DNA of 64,000 bases, taken from the IMG/VR virus record IMGVR_UViG_3300049144_000095, positions 128,001 through 192,000 of that record. One strand, written 5' to 3'. Positions 35,242-44,694 of this stretch are shown here, in pieces. Position numbers and translations under genes: made by a program. The notes beneath the pieces were generated by a model. That model was not told where the DNA came from. It saw only the letters and a program-made list of their open reading frames with translations, and ran no database searches. How positions within the stretch are numbered: the first letter of the stretch is position 1; each line of letters begins with the position of its first letter. This DNA is from a virus (lineage: Duplodnaviria > Caudoviricetes).

Positions 35242-35970
35242 ATGGACGGCAACAAGGCTGCCTGGGTGGGGATCGCGCCGTCGCCCAAGGTGCTGGCGGC
35301 GCTGGATCAGGAGGAGACTTCCGTACTGGCACTCCTGGCCTGGTGCAGTGCCACGCGAAACCCCGTGACATCACTCGACGTAGCAGCACTCCCGGACCGC
35401 AACGGCACACCTCTGGGCATCATGGAAGCCCGGCGGATCACGCAGACCCTGCGGGACATGAAGATCGCCTCGGTGCTGGGCATGACCAACGACAAGCCGC
35501 TGAGCATCTTCCTGGGCGGCTTCCGCACATCCGGCGCAGCCCATCGGTCCGACCGGCCGGTCTCGCCCGCACGTACGCCCCAGCCGACGGGCCCTGGGAT
35601 GTTCCAGTCCCCGGCCGCGCCTCGTCCCGTGCGCCGCGAGGCTCCCCCCAAGGCGAAGACGGGACTGCCGATCGAGCACAGCACGGGCAAGCTCGACGCA
35701 CTGAAGACCACCCCGCGAACCCCGGACTTCGTGGCACGCGAGTCGCGCAGGCTCCGCAACGAGCTGAACCGGATCAGCAAGATGAACCGGCCGGTGCAGC
35801 AGGCGCAGGCCCGCAAGGAGATCCTGGAACGGCGCATCCAGCTCTACCGCCGTTGGCTCGCAGTGGAGCCGGACCATCCGTCGCTGAAGTCATGGCTGGA
35901 GCGCAAGGTGAACGCCCTGCCGGAACTGGACCGTGACATCGAGCAGGCGAAGCGCAGAAAGAAGAGCTGA
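35242..35970 (+). CDS. Hypothetical basic protein
   Basis: RBS GGAAAGGGGAAGAAG; divergent from TerD. Confidence 0.75.
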   Translation: MDGNKAAWVGIAPSPKVLAALDQEETSVLALLAWCSATRNPVTSLDVAALPDRNGTPLGIMEARRITQTLRDMKIASVLGMTNDKPLSIFLGGFRTSGAAHRSDRPVSPARTPQPTGPGMFQSPAAPRPVRREAPPKAKTGLPIEHSTGKLDALKTTPRTPDFVARESRRLRNELNRISKMNRPVQQAQARKEILERRIQLYRRWLAVEPDHPSLKSWLERKVNALPELDRDIEQAKRRKKS

Positions 35971-35986
35971 GGCGCGTCAGAAAGCA

Positions 35987-36022
35987 CAGAGACCGGAACC
36001 TGTGGGCGGGTTCCGGTCTCTG
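35987..36022. terminator. Hairpin between convergent genes
   Basis: CAGAGACCGGAACC/GGTTCCGGTCTCTG 14-bp stem. Confidence 0.75.
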
Positions 36023-36078
36023 CGTGTTTCGCCTTCCGTTGGTCACATCCGTCACGCCAGGTGCGGTTCCGGTGGTCG

Positions 36079-36342
36079 TCAGGCGTGCCTCTCCCCCTCG
36101 ACAACTCGGTTCAGGAGCCGTTCGGTGACTCGGCGCTCGAACCGGGCGACGGTGTTCATGGCTTCGACGCGCGCCTCGGGTTCGCTCAGCCCGCCGTACA
36201 TCAGGCCGGGCACGAGGAGCTTTTCCATCTCCTCGCGGGCCTCCTCCAGCGTCGAGACCCCCGACGGGCGCTGCTGCCGCATCAGGGCCTCCTCCAGGGG
36301 ACCGTCGTCCATCTCGTCCACGCCCTTCTCCTCATCCGTCAT
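36079..36342 (-). CDS. Hypothetical protein
   Basis: ATGA overlap with upstream gene. Confidence 0.7.
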   Translation of the reverse strand: MTDEEKGVDEMDDGPLEEALMRQQRPSGVSTLEEAREEMEKLLVPGLMYGGLSEPEARVEAMNTVARFERRVTERLLNRVVEGERHA

Positions 36343-36734
36343 TCCGGCCCACTGGCCAGCAGTCCGTACCGCTTTCGCGCCGACCGCTCCAGCCGGGCCA
36401 CCCGATCCTCCCCGATGCGCTCGACCGCTTCCTTGCGTGAGATGCCGCCCGTGTGGGTCAGCATCAGGTAGGACTCGTCGAGTACAGCGATGGCCCACAA
36501 CCAGGCGACGTCCAGCTCGTACGCCTCCTCGGCCGTCAGGGGACCTTCGAGCACCTGAGGTTCGAGCCCCCTGACGATGATCCGTGCATCCTTGAGGCTG
36601 ACGCCGGATCCCCGCTCCATCTCGATGAGGTTGGCGCGGAACTGTGCCACGGCGTTGCGGCCGTTCGGCGCCTCGTAGAAGTGCGGAACCGAACCGTCGC
36701 AGCCGACCGCCCACCAGTGCATCACCGTCCCCAT
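36339..36734 (-). CDS. Hypothetical protein
   Basis: ORF track; co-oriented. Confidence 0.7.
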   Translation of the reverse strand: MGTVMHWWAVGCDGSVPHFYEAPNGRNAVAQFRANLIEMERGSGVSLKDARIIVRGLEPQVLEGPLTAEEAYELDVAWLWAIAVLDESYLMLTHTGGISRKEAVERIGEDRVARLERSARKRYGLLASGPE

Positions 36735-36736
36735 CG

Positions 36737-37066
36737 TCAGGCCATGTGAGGCATGAAGAGCCAGCCGGGCTGGCGCACGATGGAAAGCTTCAGCTCCTCG
36801 GCCGCCGCTACGAGCAGCCCGTCCCAGGAGATGTACGGTTCATCCGAAGCCGAGTAGGGCTCGATGCAGGTCAGGTCACCCGGATTGACTTTCTTCAGGT
36901 GGCCCTTGATGACAAGGAAGTAGTCGTTGTCGTCGTACCTCCCGGCCGAGAACGGGGTCACTTTGCCATCCTGCGCCCTGGCTTCATTGAAGTCCCACCA
37001 CGGCATCGCTTCGGTCAGCTCGACCTGCACTCCGTAGGCGACGTAGGCACTGACTTCGTAGGACAC
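36737..37066 (-). CDS. Hypothetical protein
   Basis: GTG 37066 after GAAGGGGAG. Confidence 0.75.
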   Translation of the reverse strand: MSYEVSAYVAYGVQVELTEAMPWWDFNEARAQDGKVTPFSAGRYDDNDYFLVIKGHLKKVNPGDLTCIEPYSASDEPYISWDGLLVAAAEELKLSIVRQPGWLFMPHMA

Positions 37067-37067
37067 G

Positions 37068-37898
37068 TCACTCCCCTTCCTTGAGTCCGGCCAGCACCCT
37101 GCGCAGCTCATCAGCCTGCTGCTGGACTCCCTTGGCCGCCCGGTCCAGTTCGCGGACGATGTACGCCCCGTCCTTCTTCGTGTTCTCGACGGCAGCGAGC
37201 CCCCGCATGAAGACCTTCAATCCCTCAGCGGCCGTCTCCGGGGTCAGTCGCCCTTCCCAGGCGTAATCCTCCAGCTTCATGCCCAGGCGCTCCTCAAGGC
37301 GGTCCAGGAGGGCCAGGCGGGCTCGGTCCTTGGGGCTCAGGTCGCCACGATTGCGGCGCATCTCGTCCATGCGCTCACTGTGCCGCTTCTCCAGCTCCAC
37401 ACGCTGCTGGCGCAGCGCATGGATCTTCGTGGTCTCAGTGTTCGTGAGCAGGGTCCGCAGCAGGCCCACCGTCAGCTCCGGCTTGCGCTCCTCGGGCTTC
37501 ACGATCACCTTGAACCGCCGCCCCCGGCTGCCTGGCACCATCAGGCCCCAGCCCGGCGGCAGTTCACCCTCCTGCACGATGTCCGCGTTCGGAACGACCA
37601 GCCACCAGGCGTTGCAGTACGGCCACCACGCTTCAGCCTTCGCCGGGTTCTCCAGTTCACGGAGCCAGTCGCCGCGCGACGTCTTCAGCTCGCACACGTC
37701 GATCCGGCCGCCGCCCCGGTTCTGCCACAGGCCGATGTGAACGACGTCGGCCCGGCGGGAGCTGTTCGGGGCGGTGACCTCCGTGAGGTAGACGGCGCCC
37801 GCACCGGCCTCGCTGATCCGGTCCTCGGGGCGTATGAAGTGTGTGTGCAGCAGCTCGTTCAGCTCCCGCGTGGTCATCTCGTCGGCCTGGACCGTCAT
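37068..37898 (-). CDS. PD-(D/E)XK nuclease-like protein (MmcB-related)
   Basis: EV...RRADV...ELKTSRGDWLREL..P.K...WWLVVP...ELP.GWGL. Confidence 0.75.
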   Translation of the reverse strand: MTVQADEMTTRELNELLHTHFIRPEDRISEAGAGAVYLTEVTAPNSSRRADVVHIGLWQNRGGGRIDVCELKTSRGDWLRELENPAKAEAWWPYCNAWWLVVPNADIVQEGELPPGWGLMVPGSRGRRFKVIVKPEERKPELTVGLLRTLLTNTETTKIHALRQQRVELEKRHSERMDEMRRNRGDLSPKDRARLALLDRLEERLGMKLEDYAWEGRLTPETAAEGLKVFMRGLAAVENTKKDGAYIVRELDRAAKGVQQQADELRRVLAGLKEGE

Positions 37899-38242
37899 CG
37901 CTTCCCCTCCAGGGCCTCGATCTGAGCGTTGACGCCCCGCGCGAAGGCGAGGAGGTGGGGGGACAGTGCGTGGCGGTAGGACGAGGAGCGGACCTCGGCG
38001 CGCATCATCCGTACGACTTCCGCCATGACCGCTGGCGTGAGGACTCCGGCCAGTTCGCTGCATACGCCGCCGAAGCCGTTGAGGAATCCCTCCTGCCAGG
38101 CCGTCGGTTCGTCGTACGGCTTCCAATACTCGTCGTGGGCGAGATCGTTGGCGGCTCGCTTGACCAGCCGGTCGAGGCGGTCGGCAGCCAGGAGGACTTC
38201 CTTGCGCTGGGCGTCCAGGTTCTCAGTGATGGCGGTTCCCAC
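37895..38242 (-). CDS. Hypothetical protein
   Basis: ATGA overlap. Confidence 0.7.
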   Translation of the reverse strand: MGTAITENLDAQRKEVLLAADRLDRLVKRAANDLAHDEYWKPYDEPTAWQEGFLNGFGGVCSELAGVLTPAVMAEVVRMMRAEVRSSSYRHALSPHLLAFARGVNAQIEALEGKR

Positions 38243-38258
38243 GGCTCTTGCTCCTCGG

Positions 38259-38504
38259 TCAGATCGTGGTGGGATCGAATCGGCGCCGGAGTGCCCACTG
38301 GTGACGGCACTCCGGGTTCGTGCAGCAGGCGCGGACGCGGAGGATGCGAACGACGGCCGTGATTCCCTCGGGGTCCGGGCTCTGCGGCCGGACTGTGCCG
38401 TCCTCGCCGATGAAGGCCAGACCCCAGTCGACGCATCCCTCGGTGTCCTCGGCGACGGCGCAGGGGCTGCCGCAGCGGGTGCAGGCGAGAGGCTGGCTAG
38501 TCAT
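38259..38504 (-). CDS. Hypothetical Zn-ribbon protein
   Basis: CTRC and CTNPEC pairs. Confidence 0.7.
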   Translation of the reverse strand: MTSQPLACTRCGSPCAVAEDTEGCVDWGLAFIGEDGTVRPQSPDPEGITAVVRILRVRACCTNPECRHQWALRRRFDPTTI

Positions 38505-39328
38505 GATGCCCGCTCCTTCACCTTCTTGTAGTGAGAGAAGGCCGAGTCGAGATAATCCCTGTGTACTCCCAGTCGCTCCGCTGCGGCCTTTCGCGTGTAG
38601 CCCAATTCGTCGATCAGTTCGGACGCATCTTCAACGAGGGCTACGTACCGAGGCGTGTTGAGGACGGGCTTGCATTCGGGATCGTCTATGTCGGCCCACG
38701 CTTCCGTTGGATACCATCCCCGCTGGCTTGCGTTTTGCCGAGTGCGGGCTACATCTGTTGCCCGAAGTCCGTACTCCACGGGATCCATGTCCCAGAGGCG
38801 ATCGTGTATTCTCCGGATGATTCGATTGCGAGAGATGAGCAATCGAGGCCGACCACCAGAACGGACCTCTCTCACCGTTCTCCGGTTGAGTCCACTTTCC
38901 TCGGCAAGTACCGAAAAGGGAAAGCCTTGCACGGCAAGGGCTTGCAGTCGCCGCATGGCCCCAACAGAGCTGATCATCCCATCAGAGGTCGACACCCACC
39001 CCTCCTCTGGAACCTTCACCCCCAACAGCGCCTCCTCCGTTGTCCAGTGAACCTGGACGCGACTGCCGCTCAGAATCTGAAGGATCGCCGAACGATCCAC
39101 ACCGGAGATGGTTTCAATGTCGACCGGAGACATGTCTGCCAGCATGAGCTGTCGGATATGTTGCAAGGAGCAGTCGGCGGGCACTGTGAACTTGCGGCCC
39201 CCTTTGCGCTCCTGGTAAATCTCACGCTTATAGCGCCGGAAAGCTGCCTTGCAGACCTCCTTCTCGCATCCGTAGCGACCGCATGAAGGATGTCCATGAG
39301 GAATCCGCGACTTAACTGGGCGCTGCAT
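38501..39328 (-). CDS. Multi-HTH DNA-binding protein of actinophage type
   Basis: HG..GC....C..A..RY N-terminus, HI..L...MSPVDI..ISGV HTH, RRLQAL...G HTH, AAERLGV C-terminal HTH. Confidence 0.75.
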   Translation of the reverse strand: MQRPVKSRIPHGHPSCGRYGCEKEVCKAAFRRYKREIYQERKGGRKFTVPADCSLQHIRQLMLADMSPVDIETISGVDRSAILQILSGSRVQVHWTTEEALLGVKVPEEGWVSTSDGMISSVGAMRRLQALAVQGFPFSVLAEESGLNRRTVREVRSGGRPRLLISRNRIIRRIHDRLWDMDPVEYGLRATDVARTRQNASQRGWYPTEAWADIDDPECKPVLNTPRYVALVEDASELIDELGYTRKAAAERLGVHRDYLDSAFSHYKKVKERAS

Positions 39329-39388
39329 CGCTTCTCTCCTTTCCGTTCAGCCTTTGGAAATTCTTCGGCGGCACTCAACGGCGATCAA

Positions 39389-39853
39389 TCACAACTGCTC
39401 GGGTCGGACACCCCCTTCGCACGGCTCCGTGTGGCCGGGCCCCAGCATGCATCCGTCCGCATGCCGGTCCACCTCGACCAATTCGGCCAGGTTCGCCGCG
39501 AGTTCGTTCACGAGGATGTAGATGTACTCCTCATGCTTGCCGTGCGGATCCAGGTACGGCTTGCCGTCCACCTGGAAGTGCTCAAGCGCCTCATGGACGG
39601 CCTCGTTGACGGTCATCGACAGGAAGTGGGCCAGCCAGTGATGCACCGTCGGCACCTCAAGAACTTCGCCGTTCATGGCCCACGGCGGCTGCTGCTCCCA
39701 GCTCCCGGTCTGCCTCTTGTCGTTGTGGGCATTCGGGATGTCCGGCCCGTCGATGCCGTCCTCGCGGAACTGGCGCGACCGGTCCGTCTTTCCGTAGGTC
39801 AACCGGAAGTTGGCTCGACGCAGGGCCGCCTCGAAGGAAGTGCTCTCTGTCAT
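39389..39853 (-). CDS. Hypothetical protein
   Basis: ATGA overlap. Confidence 0.75.
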   Translation of the reverse strand: MTESTSFEAALRRANFRLTYGKTDRSRQFREDGIDGPDIPNAHNDKRQTGSWEQQPPWAMNGEVLEVPTVHHWLAHFLSMTVNEAVHEALEHFQVDGKPYLDPHGKHEEYIYILVNELAANLAELVEVDRHADGCMLGPGHTEPCEGGVRPEQL

Positions 39854-40092
39854 GACTCGTCCCGGTTCTCAGCGGTCTCCGATGCGGCCAGTTCCGTTTC
39901 CATCTCGTCCCGCGCCTCGGTGTACAGGTTCGTTGTGCACCACGGCTTGGAGCACTGCCACGGCTGGATGACCGTGGCCAGCTCGGGCTGCCCTGGCGGA
40001 AAGTCGGCGATCTTCACGCCGTCGGGGCAGTACACACCACGCTCCTCCTCCGTCGGCATGCCAGGGTTCTCGAAGTACACGCCTCGCATCAC
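39850..40092 (-). CDS. Hypothetical protein, shares YCP.GVKI..PW.C module with 40488..40931
   Basis: GTGA overlap. Confidence 0.7.
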   Translation of the reverse strand: MMRGVYFENPGMPTEEERGVYCPDGVKIADFPPGQPELATVIQPWQCSKPWCTTNLYTEARDEMETELAASETAENRDES

Positions 40093-40469
40093 TCACCCTC
40101 CTTCCGAAGTGACTTGATGGCCGACAGGATCATTTGATCGGCGGCTTCGCCATCCAAGGCTTCTACATAACCATCCCCGTCGAGCCGACCTGGGATGTGA
40201 CCGGCGACAATCAATGCCTTCTGGATGTCAGACTTCCAACCCGACTCCCCGAGCGGCCTCTTCCCGTCAAACCGATCTCCCTTACCCCAAAGGGCCACCA
40301 GCAGGGCGATCAGGTAGTCGCCAATCGTTCCGGCATGGGCATGGTTTTCGTCCGGCATGGGCGTGCTCAGAATCGTTCGCGCATCCGGCGTGCCGTTGCC
40401 GTGGACCGGACAGCCTCTACTCCAGTCACAGGCAGGGATGGCATCGCCAGGAATCCAGGAGCAAGCCAT
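40089..40469 (-). CDS. Hypothetical protein
   Basis: ORF track; start uncertain. Confidence 0.65.
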   Translation of the reverse strand: MACSWIPGDAIPACDWSRGCPVHGNGTPDARTILSTPMPDENHAHAGTIGDYLIALLVALWGKGDRFDGKRPLGESGWKSDIQKALIVAGHIPGRLDGDGYVEALDGEAADQMILSAIKSLRKEGE

Positions 40470-40487
40470 GGAGTACCACCTCCCCTT

Positions 40488-40931
40488 TCACTCGTACTGG
40501 GTGTGCATCAGGTCGTTCATGTCGTTCCAGTACTCCTGGATATCCGCTTCCATGGCCGCCTCGAACCGCTCCCGCGTGCAGTCGGCGACGGTGCACGGCC
40601 AGGGTTCAACCATGCGGCTGACCGGCGCGCAGTCGTTCTGCGTTTCGCTCGAATCCGCCTCGAAGATCTTCACGCCGTGCGGGCAGTAGACCGCACCCTG
40701 TTCCGGCTTGCGCATGGTCGACCCGAGGATCGCGTACTCATTGCCGACGGAAGTGGAGATGAGGGGCACGAAGGGGTCGACCAGCTCTCCCGTCCGTTCC
40801 ACACCGTCCGACATGCCGGTGACCCAGTCCCCCGCCCGAGGCCAGGCGCAGTCGGGGTGTGTGCAGTCCTCCCGGAGTCCCTTGTGCAGCATGTCCCATG
40901 GGTGGTCACCGACCCCGAAGTGCTCGGTCAT
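40488..40931 (-). CDS. Hypothetical protein
   Basis: RBS GAAAGGAAGAG. Confidence 0.75.
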   Translation of the reverse strand: MTEHFGVGDHPWDMLHKGLREDCTHPDCAWPRAGDWVTGMSDGVERTGELVDPFVPLISTSVGNEYAILGSTMRKPEQGAVYCPHGVKIFEADSSETQNDCAPVSRMVEPWPCTVADCTRERFEAAMEADIQEYWNDMNDLMHTQYE

Positions 40932-40942
40932 CGCTCTTCCTT

Positions 40943-41191
40943 TCAGTACACGGTGAAAACCGGGTGGTCGTCCTCGTACAGCGTCAGCGCCTCCGGGCTT
41001 CCATGGACTTCGTCGACAAGTCGATAAACATCCATGTCGCTGAGAACCACCTGGCCTGTGTCGTTGCGGACGGTGTACCTCGGCACGTAGCCAGGCTGCA
41101 TCACGTGAGGCACGGCGCTGGCCGGAGTCTCGGTCTCGACGTCAACGCCCATCTTCAACTGGGCGAACATCGCGTAATAGTTCAGCGCCAT
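40943..41191 (-). CDS. Hypothetical protein
   Basis: RBS GAGGGG. Confidence 0.7.
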   Translation of the reverse strand: MALNYYAMFAQLKMGVDVETETPASAVPHVMQPGYVPRYTVRNDTGQVVLSDMDVYRLVDEVHGSPEALTLYEDDHPVFTVY

Positions 41192-41206
41192 TGCCGTGCC
41201 CCTCGC

Positions 41207-41428
41207 TTACGCAGGTACCTCGATCTCCGCCAGGGGCCGCCCCTCGCGGATCTGGTCGAACATCGTGGCGGCCCGCCGGTGGGCCATGCCGTCACGCCGG
41301 GTCAGGGCCTTCCGTACTCCTTGCGGAAGCTGATCCCAGCAGAGAATGCATAAGTAGTCGCCCCGGCGCCGCGTCTGCTGACATCCCGGGCAGCGCGTCA
41401 CCGCCGCCTGAATCACACCGTTCGTCAC
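41207..41428 (-). CDS. Small Cys-rich protein (CPGC..CILC)
   Basis: GTG after GGGGAGGAAAA. Confidence 0.7.
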   Translation of the reverse strand: MTNGVIQAAVTRCPGCQQTRRRGDYLCILCWDQLPQGVRKALTRRDGMAHRRAATMFDQIREGRPLAEIEVPA

Positions 41429-41871
41429 TTTTCCTCCCCGCTTTCCGCCTGCATCCGCTTCCGCAGTTCGACCATGCTCAGGATCTGCCCGGCCAAGAAC
41501 TCCAGCTCGGAGTCCGGGCCCTGCACCTCGACACGCTTGCCTTGCGCCGACTTCACCCCGTCGGTGATCTCGATAACGAAGCACAGGTGCGGATCGGGGT
41601 CCTTGCCGAACTCGCCGGGCTTCATGAAGCCCCGGCCGTACACGCCGGACGTCACCTTGCCGAACCACCTCGGCCGTCGCCGGTCCCGCTCCATGAGCCG
41701 CATGCGGAGCCGCGCGTTGGCGAGCCTGACGGCATGCCGGATGTCCTGAACCGGCTCGGCCTGCGCCCAGTCGGCATCCTCCGCGCAGGCGAAGATGTCC
41801 TCGATCTTCCCCAGGGCTTGTTCGGCGATCTCGTAGCGGGGGATGTCCACCCCGCTCTCGTCGTGCGTCAC
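41425..41871 (-). CDS. Hypothetical protein
   Basis: Start moved to GTG 41871 (GTGA overlap). Confidence 0.7.
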   Translation of the reverse strand: MTHDESGVDIPRYEIAEQALGKIEDIFACAEDADWAQAEPVQDIRHAVRLANARLRMRLMERDRRRPRWFGKVTSGVYGRGFMKPGEFGKDPDPHLCFVIEITDGVKSAQGKRVEVQGPDSELEFLAGQILSMVELRKRMQAESGEEK

Positions 41872-42362
41872 GACGGCCTGCTGTTGATGTACCGGGATAC
41901 GGCCAGCAGGGAGGCGATGTTGCAGGCGCCGATACGGCACTTCTCGTGACCGCCGACCTGGTTGAGATCACCCACTTCGATCAGGAACGACCGCAGCAGG
42001 GCCGCTACGAGGAGCCCGGTGAACGGGTCGACGATCTGAAGGTAGCGGGCGTCGCCGGGCTCGCCCATCGTCTCGGCGACGTACTTGCCGTCGCCTTCGG
42101 ACCAGAGACTGTGCCAGACGCGCCCGGGGCTGTGGGTGTCCGCCACGGCTTCCCAGGGTGCGGCGGAGGCGGCGTCGAGCGCGCCGGTCAGCCGGTCCAC
42201 CGCAGAAGTCACCTCGCGCTCGTAGGTCACTCCCTCCGGCTTGGCCATGCCCGGCAGCGCCGAGAGGTCGATGAGGCTGTACCCCGTCGCGCGCTGCTTG
42301 CCAGTGAGCGCCGCGATCATGTCGGCAGCCCCCAGGAGCGGCAACTGAACCTTCCCGTCCAT
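41868..42362 (-). CDS. Hypothetical protein, possibly Ead/Ea22-like
   Basis: AASAAPWEAV...VAE....DARY....P pattern; RBS CGGAAAGGAGAAG. Confidence 0.7.
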   Translation of the reverse strand: MDGKVQLPLLGAADMIAALTGKQRATGYSLIDLSALPGMAKPEGVTYEREVTSAVDRLTGALDAASAAPWEAVADTHSPGRVWHSLWSEGDGKYVAETMGEPGDARYLQIVDPFTGLLVAALLRSFLIEVGDLNQVGGHEKCRIGACNIASLLAVSRYINSRPS

Positions 42363-42396
42363 GTCTTCTCCTTTCCGTTTTCCTCAGTCCACCCCG

Positions 42397-42657
42397 TCAG
42401 AAGGGTGGTTCGTCGGAGCTGTAGGTGACTGGCGCCCCGCTCCAGGGGTCGGCGATGGGCTGCCCGGGGTTGTCGGCCGCCCGCAAGCAGGCAGTGCACG
42501 TTCCCCCGCAGCCGCAGCAGGCCGAACATCCCAAGTCGCAGCAGCCGAAGCAGTCGGGCTCTTCGCGGGGCTCCGGTACGTACGCAGACTCTGTGTAGCC
42601 GTCAGCCTCGGCGCCGTCGTCGCCGTACTCGGCGACGTATTCGATCTCGGTAGGCAC
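42397..42657 (-). CDS. Small acidic Cys-rich protein
   Basis: CFGCCDLGCSACCGCGGTCTAC cluster. Confidence 0.65.
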   Translation of the reverse strand: MPTEIEYVAEYGDDGAEADGYTESAYVPEPREEPDCFGCCDLGCSACCGCGGTCTACLRAADNPGQPIADPWSGAPVTYSSDEPPF

Positions 42658-42670
42658 GACCCCTCCCGGG

Positions 42671-42877
42671 TCAGGCCCCAACCGTGAGGCTGGGCAAGTG
42701 GATCTGGAAGTAGTTCTTGCGACTGACGCGGAACGTCAGGATCGGCGAAGGTGGACCCCAGACCGAGGTGATCTGGTCGTACGCCTCATCACCGGTCGTA
42801 GCCTCTTCCAGACAGGTCATCTCGGTACCGTCCTCCAGTCGGAAGGTCACCTCCCAGATGCTGTTCATCGCTGACAC
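42671..42877 (-). CDS. Hypothetical protein
   Basis: ORF track. Confidence 0.65.
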   Translation of the reverse strand: MSAMNSIWEVTFRLEDGTEMTCLEEATTGDEAYDQITSVWGPPSPILTFRVSRKNYFQIHLPSLTVGA

Positions 42878-43104
42878 CCGCTCCCCTGGGCCTGCATGAC
42901 GGCGAAGAGCGTTCGGACCGCCCAGTCCTCACCCCGTTCGGCGCACTCGTAGAGGCGCCTCTCGAAGGCCTTGAGGCCTGGTTCGCCCTCTCCGAACTCC
43001 TCGACGGTCTGCTGGAACAGGTCACAGAGACGACCGATCGCTTCCTCGTCCAGTCCGGGGTAGACGGCCTGGAAGTTCTTGGCCACCTCGTCCTTGTCGG
43101 CCAC
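42865..43104 (-). CDS. Hypothetical protein
   Basis: RBS GGGAGG. Confidence 0.7.
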   Translation of the reverse strand: MADKDEVAKNFQAVYPGLDEEAIGRLCDLFQQTVEEFGEGEPGLKAFERRLYECAERGEDWAVRTLFAVMQAQGSGCQR

Positions 43105-43106
43105 GA

Positions 43107-43619
43107 CTAACCTCCCACATGGGCAGTGCTCAGAGATTCCAGACGATCCATGATGTGCGGCGGGGCACCTTCACCCCGGGCATCCCGCAGCAGCTCGGTG
43201 ATGGACACCGGATCGCCGCGAAGGCTGTCCATTCGCTTCGCGTAGTGATGCACCCAGTATTGATCAGCCTGCCTTGCCTGCCAGGCTCGAAGGGCGCGCA
43301 TGGCGTTTGCCGCTCGCACTGCGTTGGGGCAGTTCGTGCCGGAGCAGGACTTACCATCCATCTGTTGATGGATCACCTGAATGGGATTTTCGACCCGAGG
43401 CGCCTTCTCCCCGGCCGGGGGCTCCTCCAGGGTGATCTCGGTGGTCTCGCGAACCGGCCAGCCCTGGCCCCAGTCGAGGGTCACCCAGCGGTGCGGGCTG
43501 CCGTCGTACTTGACGTGGTCGGACACGTTCACGAGCCATCCGGCAGCGCCTTCCGGCCCTTCGGAGATGGCGACGTAGCGGCCGATGAACTTGTCCAGGT
43601 CGTGAAGATCTGTGCTCAC
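43107..43619 (-). CDS. Hypothetical protein
   Basis: GTGA overlap; RBS GGGGAG. Confidence 0.75.
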   Translation of the reverse strand: MSTDLHDLDKFIGRYVAISEGPEGAAGWLVNVSDHVKYDGSPHRWVTLDWGQGWPVRETTEITLEEPPAGEKAPRVENPIQVIHQQMDGKSCSGTNCPNAVRAANAMRALRAWQARQADQYWVHHYAKRMDSLRGDPVSITELLRDARGEGAPPHIMDRLESLSTAHVGG

Positions 43620-43894
43620 TTGTCGCTCCCCCAGTCCATGATCGCCTTGTCGACCTTCTCGGCCCACGGTTCGCCGAACTCCTTCCGGGAGGACACGCTG
43701 TTGTGGAACGACGCCTGCGCACCCGGATCGTCCGGCGGAAAGTGACTCACCGCTCGCGCCATCGCAGCGAGGCAGGATTGTGCCTCCTCACGGCTGAGGC
43801 GGTACCCCTCCTCAAGGAGGGTGAGGATGCCGTCGACCCTTCTCAGCGCATCCTCGCTGCTGAAGTCCGAGCCCTCGGCAGGTCGCACGCTCAC
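43616..43894 (-). CDS. Hypothetical protein, paralog of 43891..44166
   Basis: Y.L.R.EA..CL.AMA...EPWA.KV motif. Confidence 0.75.
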   Translation of the reverse strand: MSVRPAEGSDFSSEDALRRVDGILTLLEEGYRLSREEAQSCLAAMARAVSHFPPDDPGAQASFHNSVSSRKEFGEPWAEKVDKAIMDWGSDK

Positions 43895-44166
43895 GCGTGG
43901 TCCCTCCAGCCGAGTACGTCGCGGCCGACCTTGAGGGCCCAGGGCTCGAAGCTGTCGCCGTACATCTCGACGGCCTTGCCAAAGTTGTCCACAAGGTCGG
44001 CGTCGCCAGGACGGCCCCTGTGCAGCGTTATGGCCATGGCCTCCAGGCAGCCGACCGCCTCGGAGCGGGTGAGTCCGTAGTTCGCCTCGATGGCCGCGAG
44101 GATCTTGTTCACCTCGGCCAGCATCGGTTCGGTGTGCCGACTCGGATGGTCGGCTGGCGTTGTCAC
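43891..44166 (-). CDS. Hypothetical protein, paralog of 43616..43894
   Basis: Same motif; RBS GAAAGGGG. Confidence 0.75.
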   Translation of the reverse strand: MTTPADHPSRHTEPMLAEVNKILAAIEANYGLTRSEAVGCLEAMAITLHRGRPGDADLVDNFGKAVEMYGDSFEPWALKVGRDVLGWRDHA

Positions 44167-44202
44167 AGGGTGCCCCTTTCTCTGGGTGACCTCGGCGTCC
44201 GC

Positions 44203-44640
44203 CTACAGCGACCCCAGCGTGAGCCCGACGTGCTCCTCGCCCTCGCCGACGGTCTTGATGTAGTGCCGCACACTCAGGGTGCCGTTGTTGATGGTCATCT
44301 CGGTCCCCGGGGAGACGGGGTGCAGGACGACGTTCGCCTGGGTGCCGCCGTAGACGACACGGTTCGCTGCGTAGGCCAGGTTCACGAGCGGACCGAACGC
44401 GGCCCGGTCGAGACGTCCTTCGACCTCGGGGGCCGAAGCGAGGACCACCAGTGACTTGCCCGAGGCGGCGAGGCCTGCCCGCAGCTCTTCGGGGTCGGTC
44501 ACGCCGGACGCGTCCCGGGTCTCGAACCCGGCACCTTCGGCCGTCATCTTCATCCGTGTGTACGCCGGGCCGACCATCAGGATCAGTTCACCACGGTCGG
44601 GCCTGCCCAGAATGAGCTGGCCATTGGCGATTCCGCTCAC
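44203..44640 (-). CDS. Hypothetical protein
   Basis: GTG 44640 after CGGAGAGGAAAAGAAAC. Confidence 0.75.
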   Translation of the reverse strand: MSGIANGQLILGRPDRGELILMVGPAYTRMKMTAEGAGFETRDASGVTDPEELRAGLAASGKSLVVLASAPEVEGRLDRAAFGPLVNLAYAANRVVYGGTQANVVLHPVSPGTEMTINNGTLSVRHYIKTVGEGEEHVGLTLGSL

Positions 44641-44694
44641 GTTTCTTTTCCTCTCCGAAGTCGCCTTGTTTCCAAGGACTTTGAGACTCCAGCT

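Noticed and set aside
36065-36090. Minus-strand CGCCTGACGA
   Set aside because: Gene stop codon context; other hammerhead elements absent.
36720-36745. Minus-strand CCTGACGATGG resembling the hammerhead core
   Set aside because: It is a stop codon followed by the next start codon; no GAAAC or stem III nearby.
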